NCBI GenBank assembly: GCA_951406725.2
Contig: OX597834.1
Coordinates: 32,302,001-32,366,000, forward strand
Source: Octopus vulgaris
Taxonomy: Eukaryota
Length of the DNA stretch: 64,000 bases
Reading direction: 5' to 3'
The position numbers were made by a program, and so were the translations under genes. How positions within the stretch are numbered: the stretch's first letter is position 1; each line of letters begins with the position of its first letter. Shown here one piece after another: positions 52,817 to 64,000 of this stretch. Under the pieces are notes generated by a model, which did not search any database, was not told the origin of the DNA, and saw only the letters and a list, made by a program, of their open reading frames with translations.

Positions 52817-52998
52817 GCCTGAAAATTCTCAGTATGTACTTCAATATAAACAGCCTGTTACCGTGGTTAGGACACCAACAACAAGAACAGCAACAATATG
52901 TAGAAGAAGGAGAAGAAGAAGAAGATATTTATGGAGAGGATCAATCTTTGCAAGACTTCTTAGATCCAGATTGTGACTTAAAACATTCAGTTTTATGA
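52817..52998 (+). CDS. NSMF: NSMF-like terminal coding exon (GLKILSMYFNINSLLPWLGHQQQEQQQYVEEGEEEEDIY...KHSVL*)
   Basis: Acceptor ttttctgttttaag; phase 1 start; TGA at 52996-52998. Confidence 0.88.
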
Positions 52999-53504
52999 TC
53001 TTCGTTCAAAAGTGCTTCTTTTGCTTAATTTTATTTGCATTTTTTTTTTGCATTTCAATGACTGTTTCTTCCGTTTACCTTTCAGTATTATCATTTCTTC
53101 CTTCTTCCTCTTCTTCCTCCTCCTCTTCCTCCTTCTCTTCCTTCTTCCTTCTTCTTCCTCTCTTACTTGCTCTCCTCCCACTATCCCTACTTTCCACTCT
53201 TCCTCCTCTCCTCCTTTTTCTTTCCTCCTCTCCCCCTTCAACTTCTCATTCTCTCACCTCACTCCTCCCCCTTTCCTTCTCTCCTCCCCTCTCATTATCT
53301 CTTCTTCCCCTCCCCTCCATATTTACTTATATTTCTCTATCATTATGGTTTTTCTCTATCATTTTCCTTATTTCCGTTTCACTGCCATTTTGGTTTTTAA
53401 AGTGATGGCTTTCATTTTGATTGTGAAAATGTTACTCCTCCCCCACATCAGATGTTGCCCCTCCCCCCTTACGTATCCCTATTCTTTGAGTAACTTTGTA
53501 AGTC

Positions 53505-53510
53505 AATAAA
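53505..53510 (+). terminator. Candidate polyadenylation signal of the NSMF-like gene
   Basis: First AATAAA I see after the stop (~500 nt downstream), followed by T/GT-rich sequence. Confidence 0.5.
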
Positions 53511-53594
53511 AGAAATCCTTATTTTTATTCTTGCTGTTGTTATTGATGTTACGGAGTCCAAACTCATGCCAGCCAGGAAGAAGAGAAGCGTTAG

Positions 53595-53910
53595 ATGATG
53601 GTGGTCATGAGGTTGGTGGTGGTGGTGGTGGTAGTGGTGGTAGTGGTGGTAGTGGTGGTGGTGATAGTGGTGAGGATGATGGCAAGGGCAGTGGTCATGA
53701 TGTTGATGATGTTGATGGTGGTGATGATGGTGGTAGTGGTGGTGATGGTGGTGGTCTTTGGTGGTGGTAGAGGTGGTGGTGGTGGTGGTCTGTGGTGGTG
53801 GTAGTGGTGGTGATGGTGGTGGTCTGTGGTGGTGGTGATCTGTGGTGGTGATGGTGGTGGTGGTGGTGGTGGTGGTGTTGGTGGTGGTGGTGGTGGTGGT
53901 TTTGGTGGTG
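53595..53910. repeat. (GGT)n low-complexity tract
   Basis: Direct reading. Confidence 0.92.
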
Positions 53911-54219
53911 AGGAAGAAGTAAAAGTCCAGCATTGAGCTTCCCTTGTTGGCTCAAAAAAGGTATAAATTTTGAAAAAAACAAGACTAAGCCATGGAAAAA
54001 AACCAAACACTTTTATTGTTAAATTGAATACATTTCAAATGGTGTAATAAGAGTTGTTTACTTTCAATAGAACTTTCAGAAACCAGAAGACAATTTAAAA
54101 AAAAAATTTAATCATAATTATAAAAATCACATCGTGTATATATGCATAGCATGTCTCTAGCTACATATATATGCATTTGTTTTACTTTTGCAATTTTGGA
54201 GACAATATATATATATATA

Positions 54220-54492
54220 AAAGTAAAGACCCCCTTCGGTCATGAGTGACCATGGGTTTGCACCTAGAGAGTTACCCTCTGAGGCACAAGTCTGGGCAAG
54301 GTTGTTTTATGGAAGACCAGTAGTCGCCCATGCATACCGGCCTCCCCTCTCCACGCCACCAGTGTTATCCAAGGGAAAGACAAAGGTCGATACAGCCTGG
54401 CACCTGTGACGTCGCAACTCATTACTACAGCTGAGTGAACTGGAGCAACGTGAAATAAAGTGTCTTGCTCAAGAACACAACACACAGCCCGG
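54220..54492 (-). mobile_element. SINE family D-related fragment with a different 3' tail
   Basis: CAGCTGAGTGAACTGGAGCAACGTGAAATAAAGTGTCTTGCTCAAG core. Confidence 0.65.
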
Positions 54493-54785
54493 TAAATATA
54501 TATATATATATATAACACAAAGCAGAATGGAGAATTACACATTTTTAGTTCATAATTTGCTTATGCACGTTTCAGATAAGCTAACGTTACATAATACAAT
54601 GATGCCTTAAGTCTTCCCATTAACCAAGTCATAGTCAAGTGACAATAGTATTACATAGATCTAGAAAATCAGCATCAGCACATATTGCTGAGAGCTTCCA
54701 CTCCCGTTGATTTAGTTAGCCAAATTGTGTCACTACTGAGTGCTTAGAAAGTATTTGCCTGCATTTCACTATTCCTATTCTTTTG

Positions 54786-54839
<54 letters not shown>

Positions 54840-54909
54840 TTTCAAATTTTGGCACAAGGCCAGCAATTTTAAGGAGAGGGTGTTATACCATTGAGTTCAG
54901 TTCTTGACT

Positions 54910-55302
54910 CTCTCTTTTACTTGTTTCAGTCATTTGACTGCGGCCATGCTGGAGCACCGCCTTAAGTCAAGCAAACCGACCCCAGGACTTATTCTTTGTA
55001 AGCCTAGTACTTTTTCTATCGGTCTCTTTTGCCGAACCGCTAAGTTACGGGGAGGTAAACACATCAGCATCGGTTGTCAAGCGATGTTGGGGAGACAAAC
55101 ACAGACAACAAACACACACACATATATATATATACATATATACAACAGGCTTCTTTCAGTTTCCGTCTACCAAATTCACTCACAAGGCTTTGGTCGGTGG
55201 CCCGAGGCTATAGTAGAAAACACTTGCCCAAGGTGCCACGCAGTGGGACTGAACCCGGAACCATGTGGTTGGTAAACAAGCTATTTACCACACAGCCACT
55301 CC
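54910..55302 (-). mobile_element. SINE family A, full length
   Basis: Consensus match. Confidence 0.9.
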
Positions 55303-55692
55303 TTTTTTTTTTGTCTTTTTGATCCTGGTGGAATTTGAACTCAGAACGTAATGCGTTGCAAGAAATACCACCAGGCATTTTATCTGATGCTCTTATCAAT
55401 TCTGTCATATTGCTGCCTTTCGTTTTTATGTCGACCTATAATTTTAAAACAATTTAACATCAAATTGAAAGGTTACTCGACAATTTTTAATAGAATACAT
55501 ATTTATTTATGAATTTTTTACAAGGAAAAGTTTAACAGTGACTTCGAAATTATACACAACACAACATGCTGCACATCATATTGCAGGGTTTTAAGACAAC
55601 TTAGACGTCGAAATCAAGTTGCGCATCATACAGGATAACACATATTATACATGGTCTTTCATAATATATACACACACACACATACATACACA

Positions 55693-55750
<58 letters not shown>

Positions 55751-56162
55751 ATATCTATATCTATATTTATATCTATATATATATATATATTCAAGGGGGT
55801 GACAAAGGCAAAAAGAAGCTATATCTGGCTGCTTAGAATAAAGAATTCAAAGAAAAATCTGACAGTAGTTAAGAATATTTAATCCACAATCATTAGTGCA
55901 CAAAATATGTTCTCTTTCACCCATGGCACATTGGGAACAGTCCCGGTGAGCCATGGGTGGAGCAGAATAACTTTTGTTAAGCTCATGACTATGAATTGAA
56001 TATTGGATATAAATATTACCTTTTGGTGTTAATACTGATCCCATCCCTAATAATTATTTTTTAATGTACTTGCTGATTATTTGATACATCAGTGACTGAA
56101 AAGTCACTGTAGTTCTATATGCTGTGACAGAGAGATTTGGCTGGTATGTGGTCACTGGAGAC

Positions 56163-56306
56163 CTGCCACTGAAGAAGTACAGTACACGGAAATCATGTGA
56201 TCTGACAGCTACAACACCCATACCAGATGAATTTCATCTGCTATCAATGTATATCTGTGCTTTTATGCATCATGTGTTTATATGAGAAGACCTCTCAAGG
56301 TTAATA
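56163..56306 (+). mobile_element. ~144-bp dispersed repeat, copy 1, beginning with a hammerhead-like motif
   Basis: Closely similar to 56898-57041. Confidence 0.75.
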
Positions 56307-56357
56307 CCACAGAATTCAGTGTTCCAACAAGACATCCACTTTAAGCTGGATATAAAG

Positions 56358-56403
<46 letters not shown>

Positions 56404-56897
56404 GCAAGAAAAAATCACTGTAATAAAATTGTGTATTCAAAGATAAGTCTAACTATGATGGATTGTAAGATTGGCCAAAAGAAGTAGGCCGTACATTTTT
56501 GGAGCAAGGGGAGTGTACAGTTAATATTAAACAGATCAACCCCTAGTATTTAGCAGGTATTTTATTTTATCAACCTCATTCATCCATTCATCTGCTTTTT
56601 CCACCACTTGAAGAATGAAATGCAAAATTGAACATCACCGGGACTTGAACTCAGAATGGAAAAGGAATGAACCAAACACTACAAGGTATTTTTTTATCTG
56701 TCACTTTTACTATTTCTACCATTCATTGATGATACCATAATTAAAATCTATGTGTAATTTTAAATTTGCATATATTTATTTCTCTAAGTGGTGGAACTAA
56801 TAGGTGAAAATGAATAAGTCTTTCTTATCTTTACTTATATCTTTTACTTGTTTCAATCACTGGAATGCAACCATGCTGGAGCAGTGCCTTTAAAGGT

Positions 56898-57041
56898 CTG
56901 TCACTGAAGAAGTGCAGTATACGGAAATCATGTGATCTGGCAGTTATTACTCCCATACCAGATGAATTTCATCCGCTGACAATGTATATCTGTGCTTTTA
57001 TGCACCACATGTTTATATGAGAACATCTCTCAAGGTTAATA
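56898..57041 (+). mobile_element. ~144-bp dispersed repeat, copy 2, inserted in a degenerate family A SINE
   Basis: SINE sequence resumes on both sides (..GCAGTGCCTTTAAAGG | AATTGACCCCAGGACTT..). Confidence 0.75.
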
Positions 57042-57206
57042 AATTGACCCCAGGACTTCTATTTTGTTTTTTTTTCTTTTCATTTCTTTTTTTAAAGTCT
57101 GGCAGTTGTTCTCTCAGTCTCTTTTGCCAAAGTGCTACAAGGATGTACATAAATCAGCTCTTGATGTCAAACACTAAGGGAGATCGTGATAAACACAGGA
57201 CACATC

Positions 57207-57263
<57 letters not shown>

Positions 57264-57267
57264 TATG

Positions 57268-57301
<34 letters not shown>

Positions 57302-57352
57302 CACATACATATATACATACATATACTTATATAAATAAACATCTACATACAA

Positions 57353-57385
<33 letters not shown>

Positions 57386-58025
57386 ATGGGTTTCTACGCA
57401 GTATCTGTCGACCAAATTCATTCACAAGGTATTGGTCGGCTTGGAGTTATAGTAGAAGACATTAGTGTTGCACTGAGGGATTGAACCCAAAGCCACATTG
57501 TTGCAAAGCAAGCTTCTTAACCACACAACCATTCCAATAAAAGAATACTTTTAATTAACACACCTTTAATGATTATATTTTTAAACAACTTTATCCTCGA
57601 CTATGTTGATTTTCAACATGGTCACTGTATTTTACATGTGCAAGTGTGCAGGTGTGCATTATGTACACAGGTGTGCATAACATGTGCAGGAGTGCATAAT
57701 ATGTGTAGGTGATTTTCTTTCAGCTACACCCTAAAACACTTTAGTTATACTGGCCCACTAATCCCTCTTGCAAAGAACAAGGTTTAGTTTTTTACCTTTT
57801 CGCATGTCCCTATATCAGTCGAAGTAATTATCAATTTTTTTCTTAAATTAATAATAAAAAATTATGATTAATTACTTTTCAATTATAATAAAATATATTA
57901 CATCAAGCTTTTTAATTTTTTTTTTTTTGTGGTTTACTCTTACCGTGCAGAGATATTGAAGTTATAAAATTTTTCACTTTTTAAAATTTCACAAGGATTT
58001 TAAAAATAATCTTGGACATAAACAC

Positions 58026-58075
<50 letters not shown>

Positions 58076-58126
58076 TGGTGATGATGATGATAATAATAAT
58101 GATAATGATAATGATAATAATAATAT

Positions 58127-58370
58127 GTAATAATTGGTGCATTGGGAACTGTAATTAAAGATATAGAGAAATGGTGGAAGAGAGAATGAAACAGAATGTC
58201 TTGTAGAGCTTCTACAGAAAGTTTGTATCTTAAAGACAGGAAAGATTATCAGGAGGGTTTTAAGCACTTGAAAGACTACTGAAAGCTTGTGGATGCCTAA
58301 GGTTACCTAGGTAGTAACCTGCTACCCACATAAATTCTACCAGGAATAAGAATGAACCTGAGACAAATCA
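58127..58370 (+). mobile_element. 5'-truncated R4/Dong-like retrotransposon 3' end embedded in (TAA)n
   Basis: VIIGALGTV..DIEKW and LQKVCILKTGKIIRRVLST* (TGA at 58269-58271), 3' UTR, AAT repeats on both sides. Confidence 0.82.
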
Positions 58371-58396
58371 ATAATAATAATAATAATAATAATAAT

Positions 58397-58611
58397 GGTT
58401 TCAAATTTTGCCACAAGAGCAGCAATTTTGGGGGAGGGGATGAGTCAATTACATTGACCCCCAGTGTTCAACTGGTACTTAATTTATCGACCCCGAAAAG
58501 GATGAAAGGCAAAGTCGACCTCGGCGGAATTTGAACTCAGAATGTATAGACGAACAAAATACCGGTAAACATTTCGCCTGGCATGCTAACATTTCTGCCA
58601 GCTCACCGCTT

Positions 58612-58656
<45 letters not shown>

Positions 58657-59005
58657 GCAACAACAACAAAGATTCTTGAGATCTGAAATGTGTTGCCATG
58701 GAAACTCAGGATAGCATCCCATCCCTGCTACTAAAATTAGCAGACAATCGCTTTTGCATAACGAAGAACAAATAATTTAAGATATTAGGTTTAAAATTTT
58801 GGCACAAAGCTAGCAAATTTGGAGGTGGGTGAAAGGTCAATTATATTGACCCCAGCACTAAACTGGGACTCATTTTATTGACCCACAAAAGAATGAAAGG
58901 CAAAGTCAACCTTGGTGGCATTTGAACTCAGAACTTATGATTGACAAAAATGCTGCTAAGCATTTTCCCCAGAGCAATGATGCTTCTGCCAACTCACTAC
59001 CTTAC
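58397..59005 (-). mobile_element. Two SINE family B-related copies (58397-58610 and 58787-59005)
   Basis: Consensus match. Confidence 0.78.
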
Positions 59006-59711
59006 CGATAATAATTTTAAATATTAATAATTTTAGAACAGTATCTTGCAAGGAACCTACCAATTAAAAAAAAAATTTTTTAAAGAGCAATGTGTGGAGC
59101 CTGGGTACTATAAAGGCAATATAGATCAAAGATTGTTTTTCTTCCTGGTGTTTGGTGTGATGCCATGGAGATAATTTTCATATACAATTAGGCTTATTAC
59201 AGTTCAGAGAGATAGTTGTACCATTTCTTTTTCACTATTTTTATACCGGAAAGAAGCAAGATCTGGCCTTGTGGATAATCTGTTAGACTATCACCTTTTG
59301 GGTATATATTTCACTGGGTTCATAGTTTATTTGATTGTGATTTTAAGCTGAAGATGGGAGCTGAATATATTTGAGTTTATAAGAATATATACAAGAACTT
59401 CTAGGAGCACTCTGCAACATATTTATATGCATTTATGTAGGTATGTACATATATAACCCATGGCAAAGTATAATGGAAGTTGCCCAATTGTCACCAACTC
59501 TTATTTCCATTATCCTTTGCCATGGATTATCATCAAATATTCACCTTTAGAAATGCTAATGGACCTTATTTATAACTATTATATATTTGATCAGGGACCT
59601 ACCTAACACATATTCTTTCCACTCTGATCCTTCTTTCATGTTTTTGACAAACTGGAAAGTAACAATATTGATTAGGGATATTCTTCATCTCTATATTTTC
59701 TGGCTTCTCTC

Positions 59712-59801
59712 TCTCTCTGACGACGGAATACTTTGCTTATAGAATCCTTACTCAATATCATGATCCATATGCTTGGCTATTCTAGAAACAGCTGTAAGAG
59801 A
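59712..59801 (+). ncRNA. Type I hammerhead-like motif with extended helix II in a Penelope-like fragment (~59455-59885)
   Basis: TCTCT-CTGACGA-cGGAATA..TATTCTa-GAAA-CAGCTG-TA-AGAGA. Confidence 0.6.
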
Positions 59802-59921
59802 CTCTATCTGTTTATATTCTCTATTTAAATTAAATGAATTTTCGAGTGATGCCAAACGTTTTGCTTTTCATTTTATATTTTAATATGTGTGTGTATATAC
59901 ACATATAGTTCCACTGTTAAA

Positions 59922-59968
<47 letters not shown>

Positions 59969-60140
59969 ATAAGTTCAGCAAAATTTAGATTCAAATGAAT
60001 ATGGTACTTAAGTTAGATGCACCAGAATTCTGTATGGTGTTATCCATAAAAATCTGTGGGGTGATTATAATCAAAATAAGCAACAAGAATGACTCCGGTA
60101 ATTTGGTAAATTACCAAAGTTATTCTTGTTGCTTATTTTC

Positions 60141-60192
<52 letters not shown>

Positions 60193-60400
60193 AACACACA
60201 CATGCATAACGAAAATTTTCTTTCTCTTGACAATGTAGCTTAAATTCTGCATTATTTTGAAGAATTTTTTGCTTTTTGCATTAATGCAGACCTGTAAATA
60301 ATTTATTATTAAATATAATATAAACAGTTTGTCATGATATTAGAATTTTCTTATTGTCAAATAAAATTCCATCAAACTATTTCTCTATCATTTATAACTT

Positions 60401-60536
<136 letters not shown>

Positions 60537-61420
60537 ATATATATGTTTGTATGTATTCACACTACACTATCTTCCTTCAAGGAGTTTTTTTTTTTAAATG
60601 TTAAATATGGGACGAAAGTATTAAGGAAGCTATGAATGGCAGCATGAAATTACTGTTTGTTTGTTGTTTTAAAAATAAAGAAACAGAATTTAACCCTTTC
60701 ACTGCAGAAATCAGATATAGCCACACAAAGTTTCTTTATCCTTCACAGCAAAATTAAAAAAACAGTTTTATATTCCGATCCATATTTTGATGAAGAACTG
60801 TCATGTCTGAAGCTATTTTCTGTTGAGATGTACCAAGTTTATTACAGGGACAACATGACTTGCAAAAAATACCAATTCTATTATTTTTTTTGTTTTGTTT
60901 TGTTTTGGTAGATATTTAACATAATTACTGTAATAACCATAAAATTAAATTTTACAATTAAAATGTTAATGAGAAAAGAAATCTACCCACCCTTAATTGT
61001 TTCATTAATTGATTTTACTCATTAATTAAATATTTTTTTTTCTGAAGTGAGAAACTGAAATTTATTACATATGGAAAAAACAAGAACATATCTATTATTT
61101 TTGTTGTTGTTTTTTTAAATATTTTTTTTTCGGTCATATTAACTAAATGAAAGAAACAGTTAATATATGTTAATATATGCAAGAAAAAACAATCAAATAA
61201 AAAATCCAAGTGTTGATGTAACTCAATGTTGAAATTCCAATTCTACTGGCATAAATGTCATTCTTCAACACCAGTCAGTTTAGGATTTGAGTGACAAATT
61301 TGGCATTGAGACTAATACCTTGACACAGCAGACAGAAATTATTGTCACCTGGGAACATATTTTTTTTATCTGAGAAATTTTTATTTCTTGTTTGACTTTC
61401 CATATAATGTAAATGATATA

Positions 61421-61484
<64 letters not shown>

Positions 61485-62640
61485 TACATATGGAAGGTCA
61501 AATTAGGCTGACCTGATCTTTCATATACATAATTTTAGTTGTTCAGTTAATGACAAATTAGAAGATTGTGATGATAATGATGATGATGATTGTTGTTGTT
61601 GTAGTTTAACCCCAGGTCAACTGTGATCAAGCAAACCTATGATCAGATGTATTCCAGTGATGACTGTTCAGTTTTTTTAATGCTTTTTTTCTAATATTTT
61701 GTCACAATGATTGGACTGTGGCCATGCTGGGGCACCATCTTGAAGCCTTTAGTTTAACAACTCATTATTATTTTTTTTAAAGTCTGATACATTTTCTATT
61801 GGTCTCTTCTGCTGAACCACTAAGTTAAGGGAACATAAACCAATTGTGGTTGTCAAATGGTGGACAAACCCAGATACATACATGTATGAATGTGTGTGTA
61901 TGTTTATATATATGTGTGTGTGTGTGTGTGTTTATATATATATATGTATGTATGTATATATGTATGTATATATATATATATATATATACACCCACACATA
62001 TACACACAGAGCAAGCTTCTTTCAGTTTCCACCTCCCAAATCCATAAATCCATGGTTCAGAAATATAGTAGAAGACACTTGCCCAAGGTTACACACAGTG
62101 GGACTAAAGCCATGGCCACATGGTTGGGAAGCAATAACAGTCCTTTCCACTTTAGAAGACAGTGGAGATGTGATTTGAAAGTGTTTTGGTTGCTCTATCT
62201 AGCAAATCGAGTAACCTCCTAGAGGCTGCCACATGATTATGATGATGATCATGATGGATGCAATGAAGTACGTTGCAGTGGTGGTGTAGTGTGGTATGAA
62301 GAATTGCAGAGAATAATACGAAAGAAGCTTGAATTAATAAAAGGGATATCAGCCCTCTTTAAATTAGCCCCTGAAAGCAGAGTCAGGTTAAATGGAAATT
62401 AGAAATGCAGGTGGATTAATTTCTGATCCAAAGAAGCTTCCATACTTTGCAGCAGCAGTTTACGAATTCAGCAAGCGAAAGCCATTTGTGCAAAACTTAA
62501 GATTCTTTGTTGTAGTGGTGGTGGTGGGGTGGATTTGAAGAATACCTAGATACAAAATATGACTGTGGCCATGCTGGAGCACCACCTGGTATGTTTATGT
62601 ATTTGTTTTGCAAGATTCTTGATGTGAAAGTGATATCATT

Positions 62641-63017
62641 ATACTTGGGGATGGTCGGTCGTTTTTTGCCAATTAAACACACGTGCACTAATTATTTGAT
62701 CTTCACTTTATTATTATTATTATTATTATTATTGCTTTTAGTTTATTTGTCAGAGTTCTTTTGTCACACATACTGTGACCTCTTCAGTGACTCTCTCCCC
62801 TATGTGTCTCCTCTTGTCCTGTTTATTCCATTTTATCTTCCAGAAAGACAAAATGGAATAGGCAGGACAAAAGGAGACACATGGGACAGAAACTGAAGAG
62901 ATCACAGAATGTGTGATGAAAGATCTTCGACAAGTAGACAAAAATAATGATAATAAAGTGAAGGTCAAATAAAAAGTACATGTGTTTAATTGGCAAAAAA
63001 TGACCATCTTCAAATAT
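62641..63017. mobile_element. Imperfect ~375-bp palindrome (hairpin MITE-like)
   Basis: TTTTTTGCCAATTAAACAC / GTGTTTAATTGGCAAAAAA and TGTGTCTCCTCTTGTCCTG / CAGGACAAAAGGAGACACA arranged symmetrically around ~62841. Confidence 0.8.
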
Positions 63018-63064
63018 AAAAATATACATACTTTAATTCAAAATGTCCAAAGTAAATGGGTTCT

Positions 63065-64000
63065 CAACTCCTTTAATGCTTTTCTTGCCATATTTCTGTT
63101 GAAATATACTGACATTATTTCAATCAAATTTGAAAATGATAAAGAATTTAGCAAAATAATTTTGTCCTTATTAACTTGTATTTGTTTGATATAAGCTTTA
63201 AATTTGGATCACTTTAAAGTACATTTGTATTATAGAACTAGCTAATCCATGTATGATATTTCTGCTGAAATACACTGCCTTTTTTTCAATCAATTTTGAA
63301 AAATCTATATTATAATTCTGCATGTTTGTTTGTTAGAGAGAGTGGAGTGAGTGAGAGTGACAGAAAGAAATTTTAAAATTGTATAATATATTATTGTGAC
63401 TGGAAATAAAATAACTTAGCAAAATTTGCAATGGAATTAAACCTAATCATGTAAATAAAAACATTGTGTATATTCTCTATGTCATTTTGTGTACAATAAT
63501 TGCATATAATGTAAAGTAATTGATAAAATATTGCATAATAAGGAATATGCAATTTTATATTGATCTTGCAGCTCCAAAAGAATTAAATACTAATGAATGT
63601 ATTAAGTATTGTATAGATTGTTATTGTATATTTTTCTATAACTTACATGCAATAAAAATGCAAATAAATTTTTTTCTTCCTTAAATAGTTCCTCTCAATT
63701 CTTTTCATTCAGTGGAATTTTTACAGGTCCAACTAGTATTGAAGAATTTAATAAAATAACTTTGTCGTTATTAATCTGGTATTCAGAACATAAATTAGCA
63801 TGAAAATTTCGATAGGCGGTTTTAATTTAAATCATTTTAAAGCATGAGGTTTGTATCACAGAACCAGAAACAGCCATGAGTAGGTTGATACGAAAAGGTT
63901 TATTATTGTTAAGATATTTCTGTTGAAATATCTTAACTTTTGTCATCATTAATCTGGTATTTGCAACATAAATTAATATGAAATTTTGATGGAAGCTTTT
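63065..64000. mobile_element. Several degenerate piggyBac-type MITE fragments of the 16303 family
   Basis: Recurrent ATTTCTGTTGAAATA..GAATTTA..AAAATAA..GTATCACAGAACCAG segments, interspersed with unique AT-rich DNA. Confidence 0.55.

Noticed and set aside
62223-62402. ~59-codon open frame (RLPHDYDDD...RVRLNGN)
   Set aside because: No start codon, weak donor, no homology, and downstream of the gene's stop.

Overview
Eukaryotic, very repeat-rich animal DNA. The tRNA-headed SINE families, the microsatellite load and the TE mix point to an octopus (coleoid cephalopod) genome; this is an inference from repeat content. Almost all ORFs in the supplied track are microsatellite artefacts. One real multi-exon gene can be rebuilt by hand on the + strand. 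Ten GT-AG exons from 39152 to 52998 join with fully consistent phases into 510 aa, and a probable upstream exon at 23557-23883 gives about 619 aa. Its C-terminal ~210 aa closely match my recollection of vertebrate NSMF/Jacob (NELF). The N-terminal half is low-complexity and carries a 14-aa tandem repeat. The rest of the window is SINEs (at least 4 families), RTE and R4/Dong-type LINE remnants, mariner, DD37D/maT and Tigger fossils, piggyBac- and Helitron-type non-autonomous elements, MITEs and long palindromes. There are also Penelope-like fragments, and six minimal hammerhead-ribozyme-like motifs, including a pair whose helix-I arms match only across copies. No database search was run; family assignments come from recognised motifs.
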